Of a stretch of 64,000 nucleotides of DNA, positions 19,579 through 28,265 are shown piece by piece. The stretch's first letter is position 1. Each line of letters opens with the position of its first letter. Location of the stretch: assembly GCA_035647455.1 (NCBI GenBank), contig DASRNI010000028.1, positions 202,736 to 266,735 on the forward strand, in the 5' to 3' direction. The DNA comes from Bacilli bacterium. Its GTDB lineage: Bacteria > Bacillota_I > Bacilli_A > RFN20 > CAG-826. The position numbers and the translations under genes were made by a program. Below the pieces are notes generated by a model that saw only the letters and a program-made list of their open reading frames with translations, ran no database searches and was not told where the DNA came from.

Positions 19579-20105
19579 GAGTAATTGCTGGAAAGTATCG
19601 TGGCCAACAATTAATTGCCCCACAAGCAAAGGCAGTACGAATTACAAAGGAACGGGCTAAAGAAGCGGTTTTTTCTGCGCTTTCTCGTTACATTAATGGC
19701 CGTAATGTTTTAGATTTGTTTGCCGGAAGTGGCAGTTTAGGGATTGAAAGTTTATCGCGTGGCGCGCACAGTTGTATTTTTAATGAAATTGATTTCAAAA
19801 CATTTCAAAATTTAAAAACAAACACAAATTTCATCACCGAAGAAATTTCTTTACATTGTAAAGATTATCGCGAAACTTTAGAGTTAATCCCGAAAAACAG
19901 CATTAGTTTAGTATTTTTAGATCCGCCTTATAGTTACGAAATGGCCGAGATATTAACTGAAGTAATGGCGGCGAACATTTTAACAAATGACGCAATTATA
20001 GTTTGTGAAACAAACGAAAAATTTAATTTTGTTACAATAAATGAAGAAGTAAAGCATTACCGCTATGGTAATACACATATAACAATTATTTGGAGGGAAA
20101 AATGA
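19563..20105 (+). CDS. rsmD: 16S rRNA (guanine966-N2)-methyltransferase RsmD
   Basis: 180-aa ORF with SAM motif DLFAGSGSLGIESLSRGA and catalytic DPPY. Confidence 0.88.
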   Translation: MSRQIRVIAGKYRGQQLIAPQAKAVRITKERAKEAVFSALSRYINGRNVLDLFAGSGSLGIESLSRGAHSCIFNEIDFKTFQNLKTNTNFITEEISLHCKDYRETLELIPKNSISLVFLDPPYSYEMAEILTEVMAANILTNDAIIVCETNEKFNFVTINEEVKHYRYGNTHITIIWREK

Positions 20106-20581
20106 GAAAAGTCGCAGTATATCCAGGAAGTTTTGATCCGATTACAAAAGGACACATTAATATTATTGAACGAGTATGCAAACTTTTTGATCAAGTGATT
20201 GTTTTAATCGCCGAAAACCCCCAGAAAAAAACGACATTTACTGTTAGTGAACGTGAAACAATGATTGCGACGATTTTTCAAAGTTTCCCGAATGTTAAAG
20301 TCGACCACACGAGTGGGTTAACGCTTGATTATGTCCGCGAAAATAACGCTGATGTTTTAGTTCGTGGCTTAAGAGCGGCAACAGACTTTGAATATGAATT
20401 TCAAATTATGAGTGCTAATCGCATTATTGCTCCCGAAATTGAAACAATCTTTTTAATGACGAGCAATGAGTATACATTTGTATCAAGTAGTATCGTCAAG
20501 GAAATATTTTTCGGCGGTGCTGATGTCAGCACTTTAGTGCCAAAAGTAGTGATTGACGCATTAGCGAAAAAGAAACGTTAA
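20102..20581 (+). CDS. coaD: Phosphopantetheine adenylyltransferase
   Basis: Starts MRKVAVYPGSFDPITKGHINII. ATG at 20102 is preceded by GGAGGG. The listed TTG at 20090 is less likely. Confidence 0.92.
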   Translation: MRKVAVYPGSFDPITKGHINIIERVCKLFDQVIVLIAENPQKKTTFTVSERETMIATIFQSFPNVKVDHTSGLTLDYVRENNADVLVRGLRAATDFEYEFQIMSANRIIAPEIETIFLMTSNEYTFVSSSIVKEIFFGGADVSTLVPKVVIDALAKKKR

Positions 20582-21345
20582 CTTAATTTAATTAATGATA
20601 AATTACGCCCTGTTGTTTTAGCTTTTGCGTACGAAAAATAAATATCATCTTGCATATAAGTACATTCGTCACTTAAATCAATGTTTTGAACGGGCACACC
20701 TAAACGCCGTAATTGTAAAAAGTTTAAAAGTGGTAAATCGATGAAATACTTACCGCTTGTTGCTTTTATTGCTCTAGCAATATCACCACCGAGATTAGCG
20801 TATTCGATTGCTTGTTCTTCAGTAATTATGCGGTATGAAAATGATAAACTTGGTCCAATTAAAGCGTAAACCTTTTGCGGATCAACTTTTTCTTTTTTAA
20901 TGAGTGTTTCGAGAAACTTACCGGTAATATTTTTAATACTGCCTTCTTCGCCAGCATGAATAACACCAACGATTTTGCTTTCTGGTGCATAAACAAAAAC
21001 CGGGACACAGTCTGCATGATAAACACCGAGAAAAAGATTTTTTTCTTTTGTATAAAGAGCATCGGCAACAATCCCGTCTTCAAAAGCGTGGAAACCACGA
21101 CCACCGTCTTTAAGTTTTACTTCGAGCGTTACATCGCTATGACTTTGATATGTTAAAGCAATCTTGTTTGCTTTTATTTTTAGTGCTTTGAATGTTTTTT
21201 CGCGATTAGCTCGGACGTGCTCTTCATCGTCACCAACGTGAAAAGCTAAATTATTTGTTGCGTAAGGAAATGATGAACTACCATCTGTTCGTAAAGTTGT
21301 GACGGCAACAATATCTTTAAAACGTTCCCATTTATAAAATTTCAT
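20578..21345 (-). CDS. pgeF: PgeF/YfiH (DUF152) purine nucleoside phosphorylase / laccase-domain protein
   Basis: 255-aa ORF with YQSHSD, HADCVPV and IHAG motifs. Confidence 0.8.
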   Translation of the reverse strand: MKFYKWERFKDIVAVTTLRTDGSSSFPYATNNLAFHVGDDEEHVRANREKTFKALKIKANKIALTYQSHSDVTLEVKLKDGGRGFHAFEDGIVADALYTKEKNLFLGVYHADCVPVFVYAPESKIVGVIHAGEEGSIKNITGKFLETLIKKEKVDPQKVYALIGPSLSFSYRIITEEQAIEYANLGGDIARAIKATSGKYFIDLPLLNFLQLRRLGVPVQNIDLSDECTYMQDDIYFSYAKAKTTGRNLSLIKLS

Positions 21346-21424
21346 CTGTTTACCTCCCCTTTAATTATAAAACAAAAAGTGATGCTTTCGCTACCTAATG
21401 GCGAAACTATAGTAAGATTAAGTT

Positions 21425-22033
21425 ATGAATCAAAAAGAACTATACAATTATTTAATCAAAATTCAAGCAATTACGAAAATCGGATTGCTTTATTCAACCG
21501 ATCCGTATGCCGTTAGTAATTACAAAGAAATTGAAGCGTTAACGAAAGCAATGCTTGAAGATATTAACAAAGTTAAAATTACGGAAAACAACTATTTTAA
21601 ACGTGATATTTACCCAACGCCAAATATCAGTGTTCGCACGATAATTTGGAATGAAAAAGATGAATTTCTGATGGTGCAAGAGAAAGCAGATAACGGTTTT
21701 TCTTTTCCTGGTGGCTGGTGTGATTTATATGATTCACCCGAAGAAGCGGGAATTCGCGAAGCGCGTGAAGAAGGTGGTGTCGATATTCAAATCACGGAGT
21801 TAGTCGGTGTTTTTAACCGGACACCGTTTAAACATCCCGTTTCTGTTCCGGAGTACGTTATTATTTATAACGCTCGACTCATTAAGGAAGTTAGTAAACC
21901 AGACCATGAAATTATTAGTGTTAAGTGGGTAAAAAATGGAAAATTACCGCCGTTATCATCGAAAGTTACTGCGCAAGAAATTGTTAACTTTATCAAACTC
22001 GCGGTAGAAAGTAAAAAAACAGCAAAACGTTAA
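21425..22033 (+). CDS. NUDIX hydrolase with N-terminal helical domain
   Basis: 202-aa ORF with Nudix box GGWCDLYDSPEEAGIREAREEGG. Confidence 0.85.
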   Translation: MNQKELYNYLIKIQAITKIGLLYSTDPYAVSNYKEIEALTKAMLEDINKVKITENNYFKRDIYPTPNISVRTIIWNEKDEFLMVQEKADNGFSFPGGWCDLYDSPEEAGIREAREEGGVDIQITELVGVFNRTPFKHPVSVPEYVIIYNARLIKEVSKPDHEIISVKWVKNGKLPPLSSKVTAQEIVNFIKLAVESKKTAKR

Positions 22034-22044
22034 TGGCCATTATT

Positions 22045-22060
22045 TCACATTATAATGTGA
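22045..22060. promoter_or_regulatory. Perfect 16-bp palindrome overlapping a TATAAT box upstream of deoD (candidate operator)
   Basis: TCACATTATAATGTGA is its own reverse complement. It contains TATAAT at 22051..22056, about 55 nt upstream of the deoD ATG. Confidence 0.45.
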
Positions 22061-22111
22061 CATTATGTTAAGATAATATGAGTGATTTAAAAAAACAAAG
22101 GAGAATTTTTT

Positions 22112-22822
22112 ATGGGAACACCACATATTAATGCAAAAAAAGGTGATTTTGCAAAAACAGTTTTAATGCCGGGCGATCCAAAACGTGCAGAGTGGATTGC
22201 CAAAACATTTTTAACTGATGTTAAATTAGTTACTGATGTCCGCAATATCTTAGGTTTTACCGGTTATTATAACGGTAAACGTGTTTCAGTCATGGCAAGT
22301 GGAATGGGTCATCCCTCAATTGGGATTTATTCGCACGAACTTTACACGTATTACGACGTTGAAACAATTATTCGTGTTGGTACGAGTGGAACTTATCAAC
22401 CACATATTGGCTTATTTGATATTATCGTTGCCATTGGCAGTAGCACTGATTCAAATTGGTCAGCACAGTTCGATTTAAAAGGTGGTACATATAGCGCACT
22501 TGGTACATTCGACCTTGCCGTAGCCGCCAAAGAACGGGCTAATGAAAAAGGGATTGACGTCCATGTTGGTAATATTTTAAGCGCTGATGTTTTTTATGAT
22601 CATGATCCGGATAGCTGGAAAAAGTGGGCTAATTTAGGTGTTCTAGGGGTGGAAATGGAAAGTTATGCGCTTTATACAACAGCGGCAAAACTTAAAAAAC
22701 AAGCAATCTGTTTGCTTACAGTGACAGATAGTTTTATCGACAAATCAAAAATAGCAACAGTAGAGGAGCGGCAACTAGGGCTCGAAAAAATGGTTCGAGT
22801 TGCACTTGATATCGCACCTTAA
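22112..22822 (+). CDS. deoD: Purine nucleoside phosphorylase, DeoD type
   Basis: 236-aa ORF starting MGTPHINAKKGDFAKTVLMPGDPKRA, with later GMGHPS and VEMES. Confidence 0.92.
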   Translation: MGTPHINAKKGDFAKTVLMPGDPKRAEWIAKTFLTDVKLVTDVRNILGFTGYYNGKRVSVMASGMGHPSIGIYSHELYTYYDVETIIRVGTSGTYQPHIGLFDIIVAIGSSTDSNWSAQFDLKGGTYSALGTFDLAVAAKERANEKGIDVHVGNILSADVFYDHDPDSWKKWANLGVLGVEMESYALYTTAAKLKKQAICLLTVTDSFIDKSKIATVEERQLGLEKMVRVALDIAP

Positions 22823-23469
22823 TGTTCGAATTTGGTCTTTTAGAATATGGCTTAATCGTCGCCGGCATTGTTGTTTTAGTGACGATTTTAGTTGTTGTTA
22901 TTCTCGTCATTAGAAAACGACATTTAAAGAAACGATTTCAAGTTAAGTATTTTTATCCGCACGTTTATAAAACGGCACTTTATTATGACTATTACTTAAT
23001 TAATACGTTTAATATTGCCTTAACCTCGCAACTTGATTTAAAGATTGATCATTTACTGTTTGGGAATAAATACATCTACATTATTAATGATTATATTTAT
23101 GAAGGTATACTGACGGGCAACAAGCAAGATCGTAGTTGGATTCTTAAAGATTTAAAAGGTGAAGAATCTTATATTACTAACCCCTTAAAAGTTAACGATG
23201 AAATTCGTAAAAAGTTAAGTTTGAAAACAGCGATTGATGATGCAACATTTATTTGTATTACGCTTGTAAATAACAAGACCGATATTAACAATTTGCATGT
23301 TAATACAAAAGACAACTATATTATTGATATCAAAGACTTTATGAAACTTATCGAAGCAATCGAGTCGCGGAAAGTTAGTGCTTTAAACGCTGAACAATTA
23401 CAAAAACGCGTCATTGAATTTGATAAACTCAACATGTTTAAGAAACGAAAAAGATTATGGAGAAAATAA
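22822..23469 (+). CDS. Membrane-anchored protein with NERD-like (nuclease-related) domain
   Basis: 215-aa ORF whose ATG overlaps the deoD stop (TAATG). An N-terminal TM helix is followed by IDHLLFGNKYIYIINDY, which resembles NERD domains. Confidence 0.4.
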   Translation: MFEFGLLEYGLIVAGIVVLVTILVVVILVIRKRHLKKRFQVKYFYPHVYKTALYYDYYLINTFNIALTSQLDLKIDHLLFGNKYIYIINDYIYEGILTGNKQDRSWILKDLKGEESYITNPLKVNDEIRKKLSLKTAIDDATFICITLVNNKTDINNLHVNTKDNYIIDIKDFMKLIEAIESRKVSALNAEQLQKRVIEFDKLNMFKKRKRLWRK

Positions 23470-24530
23470 CGACTAAAGCGGTATTTCGCGACTTACGAAA
23501 AAATAAAATTAAATTCCGCGAACATATTTTAGGAATATTGCTCTATTTAGCAATTATTTACGCGATCGTCTTTTTAGCTACAACTTCGGTTGATTTTCTT
23601 GGCGTAATTGTCTTTTTCTTTTTACTATTACCGGCGACGGTAATTTACATTGAATATACAAGTTTAGTGGAAGCGGGGGCGAAACCGGAAAACTTTAGCA
23701 AACTATTACGGCAATTGTTCCGTAATGCTTTTCGGAGTGGCCGTACATTTTTGCTCTTTTCTTTTAAGACTTTGCTTTTAATTTTTCTCGCCTTAATCGT
23801 TTCAAATGTAGTAACAGGAAGTGCAATTGCAATTTACGACGCAAGTACATCCGGGAAATTAATTTTATTTTTTGAAGAAGCAACAGAGATATTACTCACA
23901 GGTGGGAATGAAGCATATTTAGACTTTTTAATTGAAGGTTTAGATGACTTTGAAAGCTACTTAACATTTTTTACTGTTATGAGTGAGTTCTTTATTTTCC
24001 TTTTTGTTATTTATGCGTTTAATCGTAACAGTTTTTTAATTTTTGCCGATATGTTTATCGAACGGAGCCCGGCAGTAAAAATGAAAACAGTAATGGCTGA
24101 ATTTTTTAGTGATGCAGAAACAAAAAGAAAACGCCGCAGAATTCAGTTTGTTAGTTTTATCATTGTAAGTTTTGCTTTCGGACTTGTGTACTTTACAAGT
24201 TTTACAATCATTAACGCATTAGCCGAAGGTGGCGCTGGTTTAAATATTGTCCTCTTACGGACGAATTTAATTAGTTTTGCCCTTTTTGTTTTCCTTGTCC
24301 CGTTCATGATTCGTTTTAATTATTATTTATATCAACAAATCGCCCGCACAAAGCGACCAGACATATTACGGTTTTCAATTTATGAAATAGGCCGATTAAT
24401 TGAGACTCCAAACATTCCTGATGAGATGAAACAGTATTTGGACGTCGTGAAAAAACTCCGTGAAGAAGAATTAAGAAAACTTGAAGAACCTGATTTTTCT
24501 GAAAAAGAAGATAAAAACAAAAACGAATAA
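23457..24530 (+). CDS. Hypothetical polytopic membrane protein
   Basis: 357-aa ORF with multiple hydrophobic segments and a charged C-terminal tail. Overlaps the preceding ORF by 13 nt. No family recognised. Confidence 0.6.
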   Translation: MEKITTKAVFRDLRKNKIKFREHILGILLYLAIIYAIVFLATTSVDFLGVIVFFFLLLPATVIYIEYTSLVEAGAKPENFSKLLRQLFRNAFRSGRTFLLFSFKTLLLIFLALIVSNVVTGSAIAIYDASTSGKLILFFEEATEILLTGGNEAYLDFLIEGLDDFESYLTFFTVMSEFFIFLFVIYAFNRNSFLIFADMFIERSPAVKMKTVMAEFFSDAETKRKRRRIQFVSFIIVSFAFGLVYFTSFTIINALAEGGAGLNIVLLRTNLISFALFVFLVPFMIRFNYYLYQQIARTKRPDILRFSIYEIGRLIETPNIPDEMKQYLDVVKKLREEELRKLEEPDFSEKEDKNKNE

Positions 24531-24601
24531 AGTGTGACTTTATGTAACTTTTTCATATATTTTCATATATTTTCATGATGTTTTTTTTATATATCGCAAA
24601 A

Positions 24602-24615
24602 TGTAAGCGTTATCA
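24602..24615. promoter_or_regulatory. cre-like (CcpA-type catabolite responsive element) site upstream of the opp operon
   Basis: TGTAAGCGTTATCA fits the Bacillota cre consensus TGWAANCGNTNWCA at every constrained position. It lies 22 nt upstream of the putative -35. Confidence 0.45.
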
Positions 24616-24637
24616 CACGAATAATCACCTATATTTA

Positions 24638-24665
24638 TTTACACACACGCATATGTGTATATAAT
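24638..24665 (+). promoter_or_regulatory. Putative sigma-A promoter of the opp operon
   Basis: TTTACA (24638..24643), 16-nt spacer, TATAAT (24660..24665). RBS AGGAG lies upstream of the ATG at 24699. Confidence 0.5.
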
Positions 24666-24698
24666 GTCATTATAAAACTACAGAAAGGAGAAAGTTTT

Positions 24699-27128
24699 AT
24701 GAAACTAAAAAAACTAGCGTTAATCTCATTACTTGGCGTCGTTGCATTAGCAGGCTGTCGCAAAGACGATTCAAGTCGTGATGATACATCTTCCGATGTC
24801 GACGTAATTGAAAATCTTGCTGATGGTGTTCGTAACTTTGTTAACAACCCAATTGAAGATCGTTCAGAAATCTTACGTTTACTCGAAAAGTATACGCTCG
24901 AAAACTTTTTAGGAGGAATTCCATACCGTGATAACAGTGGATTCGTTTTATACCACGACCGCTTAGAAATTCCAGCTGACGATTACGTCGTCGGATACGG
25001 ATTTGGTGTTGGTGAAGCACTGATCACCGAAGGACTCGAACACGTGGAAATTACTCCTGCACACAAAATGTACTACCATTCCTGGCAAAGTGAAGACCCA
25101 GGTACAATCAACTACATGAACGCTCAAGACAGCGTTACAAGTGATTTATATAGTATGGTCACTGGCTCATATTGGAGTACAAAATTTAACGATGACAAGA
25201 CTGGTTACGAATGGTATCCATTACTTGCGAAAGATGCCGAACGTCCAGTTCCGCTCAACTTAGACCCAGACACAGGCATGGGAACAAAATGGAAAGTACC
25301 AGTCCACGTTGGTGGCGACCTCAAGTACAGCACATTAAGTGATGTACCAGCGATTAAAGCTTTTGATGGCCGTGCCGTTGCCCTCGAAGACTACTTAACA
25401 CCATTCAAACTCATGTTAGACAACAAATGGTTCCGTGCAACTGACCTTGGCTCATACAGCAGTGGATTTGCTGGAGTTACGGCCTATATGAACGCAGCCG
25501 AAGGTGTTAAAAACTGGGAAGGTGTTGGTATTCAAGTTGATGAATCCGATAATTCACTCGTTTTCACATTCAATTCAGCCAAAACACCATTTAAAGCGAT
25601 GTATAGCTTATCCTCAAGTTTATTCTCACCAATTCCAATGGATTTCATTACGGCAATTGGTGGCGCAGCTGAATACGGAAAACCAAATGTTGATAGTGTT
25701 TTATCAATTGGTGCATACACGCTTGAACTTTGGGAAAACGATAAAGAAGTCGTCTTCAAGAAAAACCCACGTTACATCGAAGCGGACAAATACACGCACG
25801 AAGGTTACGTCTACACAATCTTAGAAGATAACAACGTTGCTTTCCAAGAGTTCTTAGATGGTAAACTTGACAGTGCTGGTGTTCCACCCGCACAACTTGA
25901 TTCTTACAAAACAGACCCACGTGCGCGCCAAACTGTTGGTGACACTGTCTGGAAACTTCAAGTTAACGGTGCAGACGAAGCATTATGGGATCAATTATTC
26001 GGTGAAGAAGGTTCAGTCTCACCTGGTTCCGAATGGGATCTCAAACCAGTCATGTCAAACCGTGACTTCTTATATGGTTTATACTTCTCGCTTGACCGTG
26101 AAGAGTTAGCCTTATCAACCGGAAGCCGCCCAGCACAAGCATTCTTAAGCGAAAACTACATGATTGACGCAGAAGCTGGTGTATCATGGCGCTTATCTGA
26201 TGAAGGTAAAGCAGTTACAGAAGACTTATTACCAGAACGTTTCGGTTATTCAACCGCATTAGCCGGTGAATTCTTCCGTGACGCAATGGAAGATTTAATT
26301 GCTGCGGGTAAATATGTCCGCGGAACAAATACTGATCCAACGAAAATCGAACTTGGACTTCACTTCCAAACAGAATCACAAATTGATGCTGAAGGTGCAG
26401 TCCTCGCACGCATGATTGAAGGAACGTTTAACGCCGCAGTTCCTGGCTTTGAACTTAAACTTGACATGTATGCAACTGCCCACTGGCAGGACCCATACTA
26501 TGCCGCAATGGATGGTGAATTCGACATGGCATTTGGTTCAATTAGTGGAAACCCACTTGACCCAATTGACTTCTTAGACACAGTCCGTAGTGACAATAGC
26601 AGTGGCTTCACCCTCTCATGGGGTACAGACACAAGCAAACCAAGCCGCGACCTTGAATTCAAAGGTGAAGTATACGCGTTTGACGCATTACAACGTGCTG
26701 GCTTAGGCTTAACTGTTGTTGAAGACGGCGAAGAAGCAATGCTTTTAGACCTTAACAAATTTAGCTGGAGCCGCAACCCAGATGGCAGCCTCGCGCTCGA
26801 CGCAAGTGGTGTCTTCTACAATGGCGATCCAGATTACGTTATTGAACCTGACGAAGACGGTTTAAACGTTAACGGATTCCCATTCATGGGCTTAGCACTC
26901 TTCGATGGCGCTGGTGACTTCATCGGTGCAATCGGACTCGAAGCAACGAAGTTTGAAAATGGTGTCTGGGAAGTTAAAGACTTTGAAATGCCAGACTTAG
27001 ACGATTATGGCGTTATCTATGTTGATGCTTACATTAACACTATTCACACATACGGAAAAACTGTTGAACTCAAGACTGATGTCTTTGAATTCATCTGGCC
27101 GTATATCAAACCAGCCGCTGCTGCTTAA
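24699..27128 (+). CDS. oppA: ABC transporter substrate-binding lipoprotein (OppA-like, family 5)
   Basis: 809-aa ORF with a lipoprotein signal peptide MKLKKLALISLLGVVALAGC. It is the first gene of a permease/ATPase operon. Family assigned mainly from context and size. Confidence 0.7.
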   Translation: MKLKKLALISLLGVVALAGCRKDDSSRDDTSSDVDVIENLADGVRNFVNNPIEDRSEILRLLEKYTLENFLGGIPYRDNSGFVLYHDRLEIPADDYVVGYGFGVGEALITEGLEHVEITPAHKMYYHSWQSEDPGTINYMNAQDSVTSDLYSMVTGSYWSTKFNDDKTGYEWYPLLAKDAERPVPLNLDPDTGMGTKWKVPVHVGGDLKYSTLSDVPAIKAFDGRAVALEDYLTPFKLMLDNKWFRATDLGSYSSGFAGVTAYMNAAEGVKNWEGVGIQVDESDNSLVFTFNSAKTPFKAMYSLSSSLFSPIPMDFITAIGGAAEYGKPNVDSVLSIGAYTLELWENDKEVVFKKNPRYIEADKYTHEGYVYTILEDNNVAFQEFLDGKLDSAGVPPAQLDSYKTDPRARQTVGDTVWKLQVNGADEALWDQLFGEEGSVSPGSEWDLKPVMSNRDFLYGLYFSLDREELALSTGSRPAQAFLSENYMIDAEAGVSWRLSDEGKAVTEDLLPERFGYSTALAGEFFRDAMEDLIAAGKYVRGTNTDPTKIELGLHFQTESQIDAEGAVLARMIEGTFNAAVPGFELKLDMYATAHWQDPYYAAMDGEFDMAFGSISGNPLDPIDFLDTVRSDNSSGFTLSWGTDTSKPSRDLEFKGEVYAFDALQRAGLGLTVVEDGEEAMLLDLNKFSWSRNPDGSLALDASGVFYNGDPDYVIEPDEDGLNVNGFPFMGLALFDGAGDFIGAIGLEATKFENGVWEVKDFEMPDLDDYGVIYVDAYINTIHTYGKTVELKTDVFEFIWPYIKPAAAA

Positions 27129-27179
27129 TAAACATAATTAATTATTTAATTTAACTTTATTGAAATAAGAAACTATTGA

Positions 27180-27206
27180 CATTGCCAGCCACCGCTGGCA
27201 ATGTTT
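27180..27206 (+). terminator. Intra-operon hairpin after oppA (partial terminator / mRNA stabiliser)
   Basis: Perfect 10-bp stem CATTGCCAGC-CACC-GCTGGCAATG followed by only TTT. Lies 52 nt after the oppA stop and 37 nt before oppB. Confidence 0.5.
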
Positions 27207-27242
27207 CAATGTAATAAGACGAATTAGAACGGAGGTGTAAGC

Positions 27243-28265
27243 ATGACAAGATACATAATCCAGCGGATTGCCCTTGTGTTTTTAACCGCTTTTATAATTT
27301 TATCGCTTACATTCATCTTAATGAAAATGTTACCGCTTGATAAACCAGCGGGACAAATTAACCAACAACTCGCATATTATCGTAACCAAGTTGTGTTAGG
27401 GTATATGGAAGAGGTTCCAACTAGTGCGCTTGCCGATGCCACGGTGGTTGACCGCAATACGCGCTACCACTTTGCCGCGGTTCCTGTTATGGTCCAATAT
27501 TTCAACTGGTTGAAAAATATTGTAACACAATGGAACTGGGGTCTATCGACACGCATTCAAATTAACGTTTCGGCAATGGAAATCATCGGACAGAAATTAC
27601 CGGTATCACTTAAATTAAACGTAATTGCTTTATTTACAAGCGTGCCATTTGGCTTTTTATTCGGCGTCATTGCGGCGCTTAGGAAAAATAGAATGACCGA
27701 CCACGTTATTTCGACCGGGGTCATGATTTTTATTTCGATCCCATCTTTCGTTTTTATTACATTCCTAATGCTTTTATTCGCGTACCGTCTCGGGTGGCTG
27801 CCAACACAGTGGCCGAAGTCCGGGGTCGGGAACGATATTAAAATTAAAGGCTATATTATTCCGGTTGCTGCACTCTCCTTTGGGACAATTGCAAGTTTCA
27901 CTCGGTACACACGTGCGGAATTAACCGAAATTATGGCGAGCGAGTTTTTATTACTTGCGCGCACAAAAGGACTTACGAAACGGCAGACAGTTGTCCGTCA
28001 CGCCCTTCGTAACTCAATGGTTCCGATTATGCCAATGATTATTGGGCAATTCATTGGTATATTATCCGGTTCAATGATTTTAGAAAACTTATACGGGATT
28101 CCCGGTATTGGGAGCTTATTCATTCAAGCAATCAACGCGAAAGATTATAACGTTGTGATGGTTGATATGGCTGTCTTTACGATTATAGGCTTACTTGCAA
28201 CGCTTTTAGTTGACTTGTCATACGGTCTCGTTGATCCACGAATTAGAATGGGGGCACGAAAATAA
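27243..28265 (+). CDS. oppB: Oligopeptide ABC transporter permease
   Basis: 340-aa ORF with 6 TM segments and the OppB/DppB-type EAA region FLLLARTKGLTKRQTVVRHALRNSMVPI. Confidence 0.88.
   Translation: MTRYIIQRIALVFLTAFIILSLTFILMKMLPLDKPAGQINQQLAYYRNQVVLGYMEEVPTSALADATVVDRNTRYHFAAVPVMVQYFNWLKNIVTQWNWGLSTRIQINVSAMEIIGQKLPVSLKLNVIALFTSVPFGFLFGVIAALRKNRMTDHVISTGVMIFISIPSFVFITFLMLLFAYRLGWLPTQWPKSGVGNDIKIKGYIIPVAALSFGTIASFTRYTRAELTEIMASEFLLLARTKGLTKRQTVVRHALRNSMVPIMPMIIGQFIGILSGSMILENLYGIPGIGSLFIQAINAKDYNVVMVDMAVFTIIGLLATLLVDLSYGLVDPRIRMGARK

Noticed and set aside
20859-21156. Two short ORFs (81 aa minus strand, alternative frame; 93 aa plus strand) inside pgeF
   Set aside because: They are nested in a gene with clear DUF152 motifs, and the translations are low-complexity.
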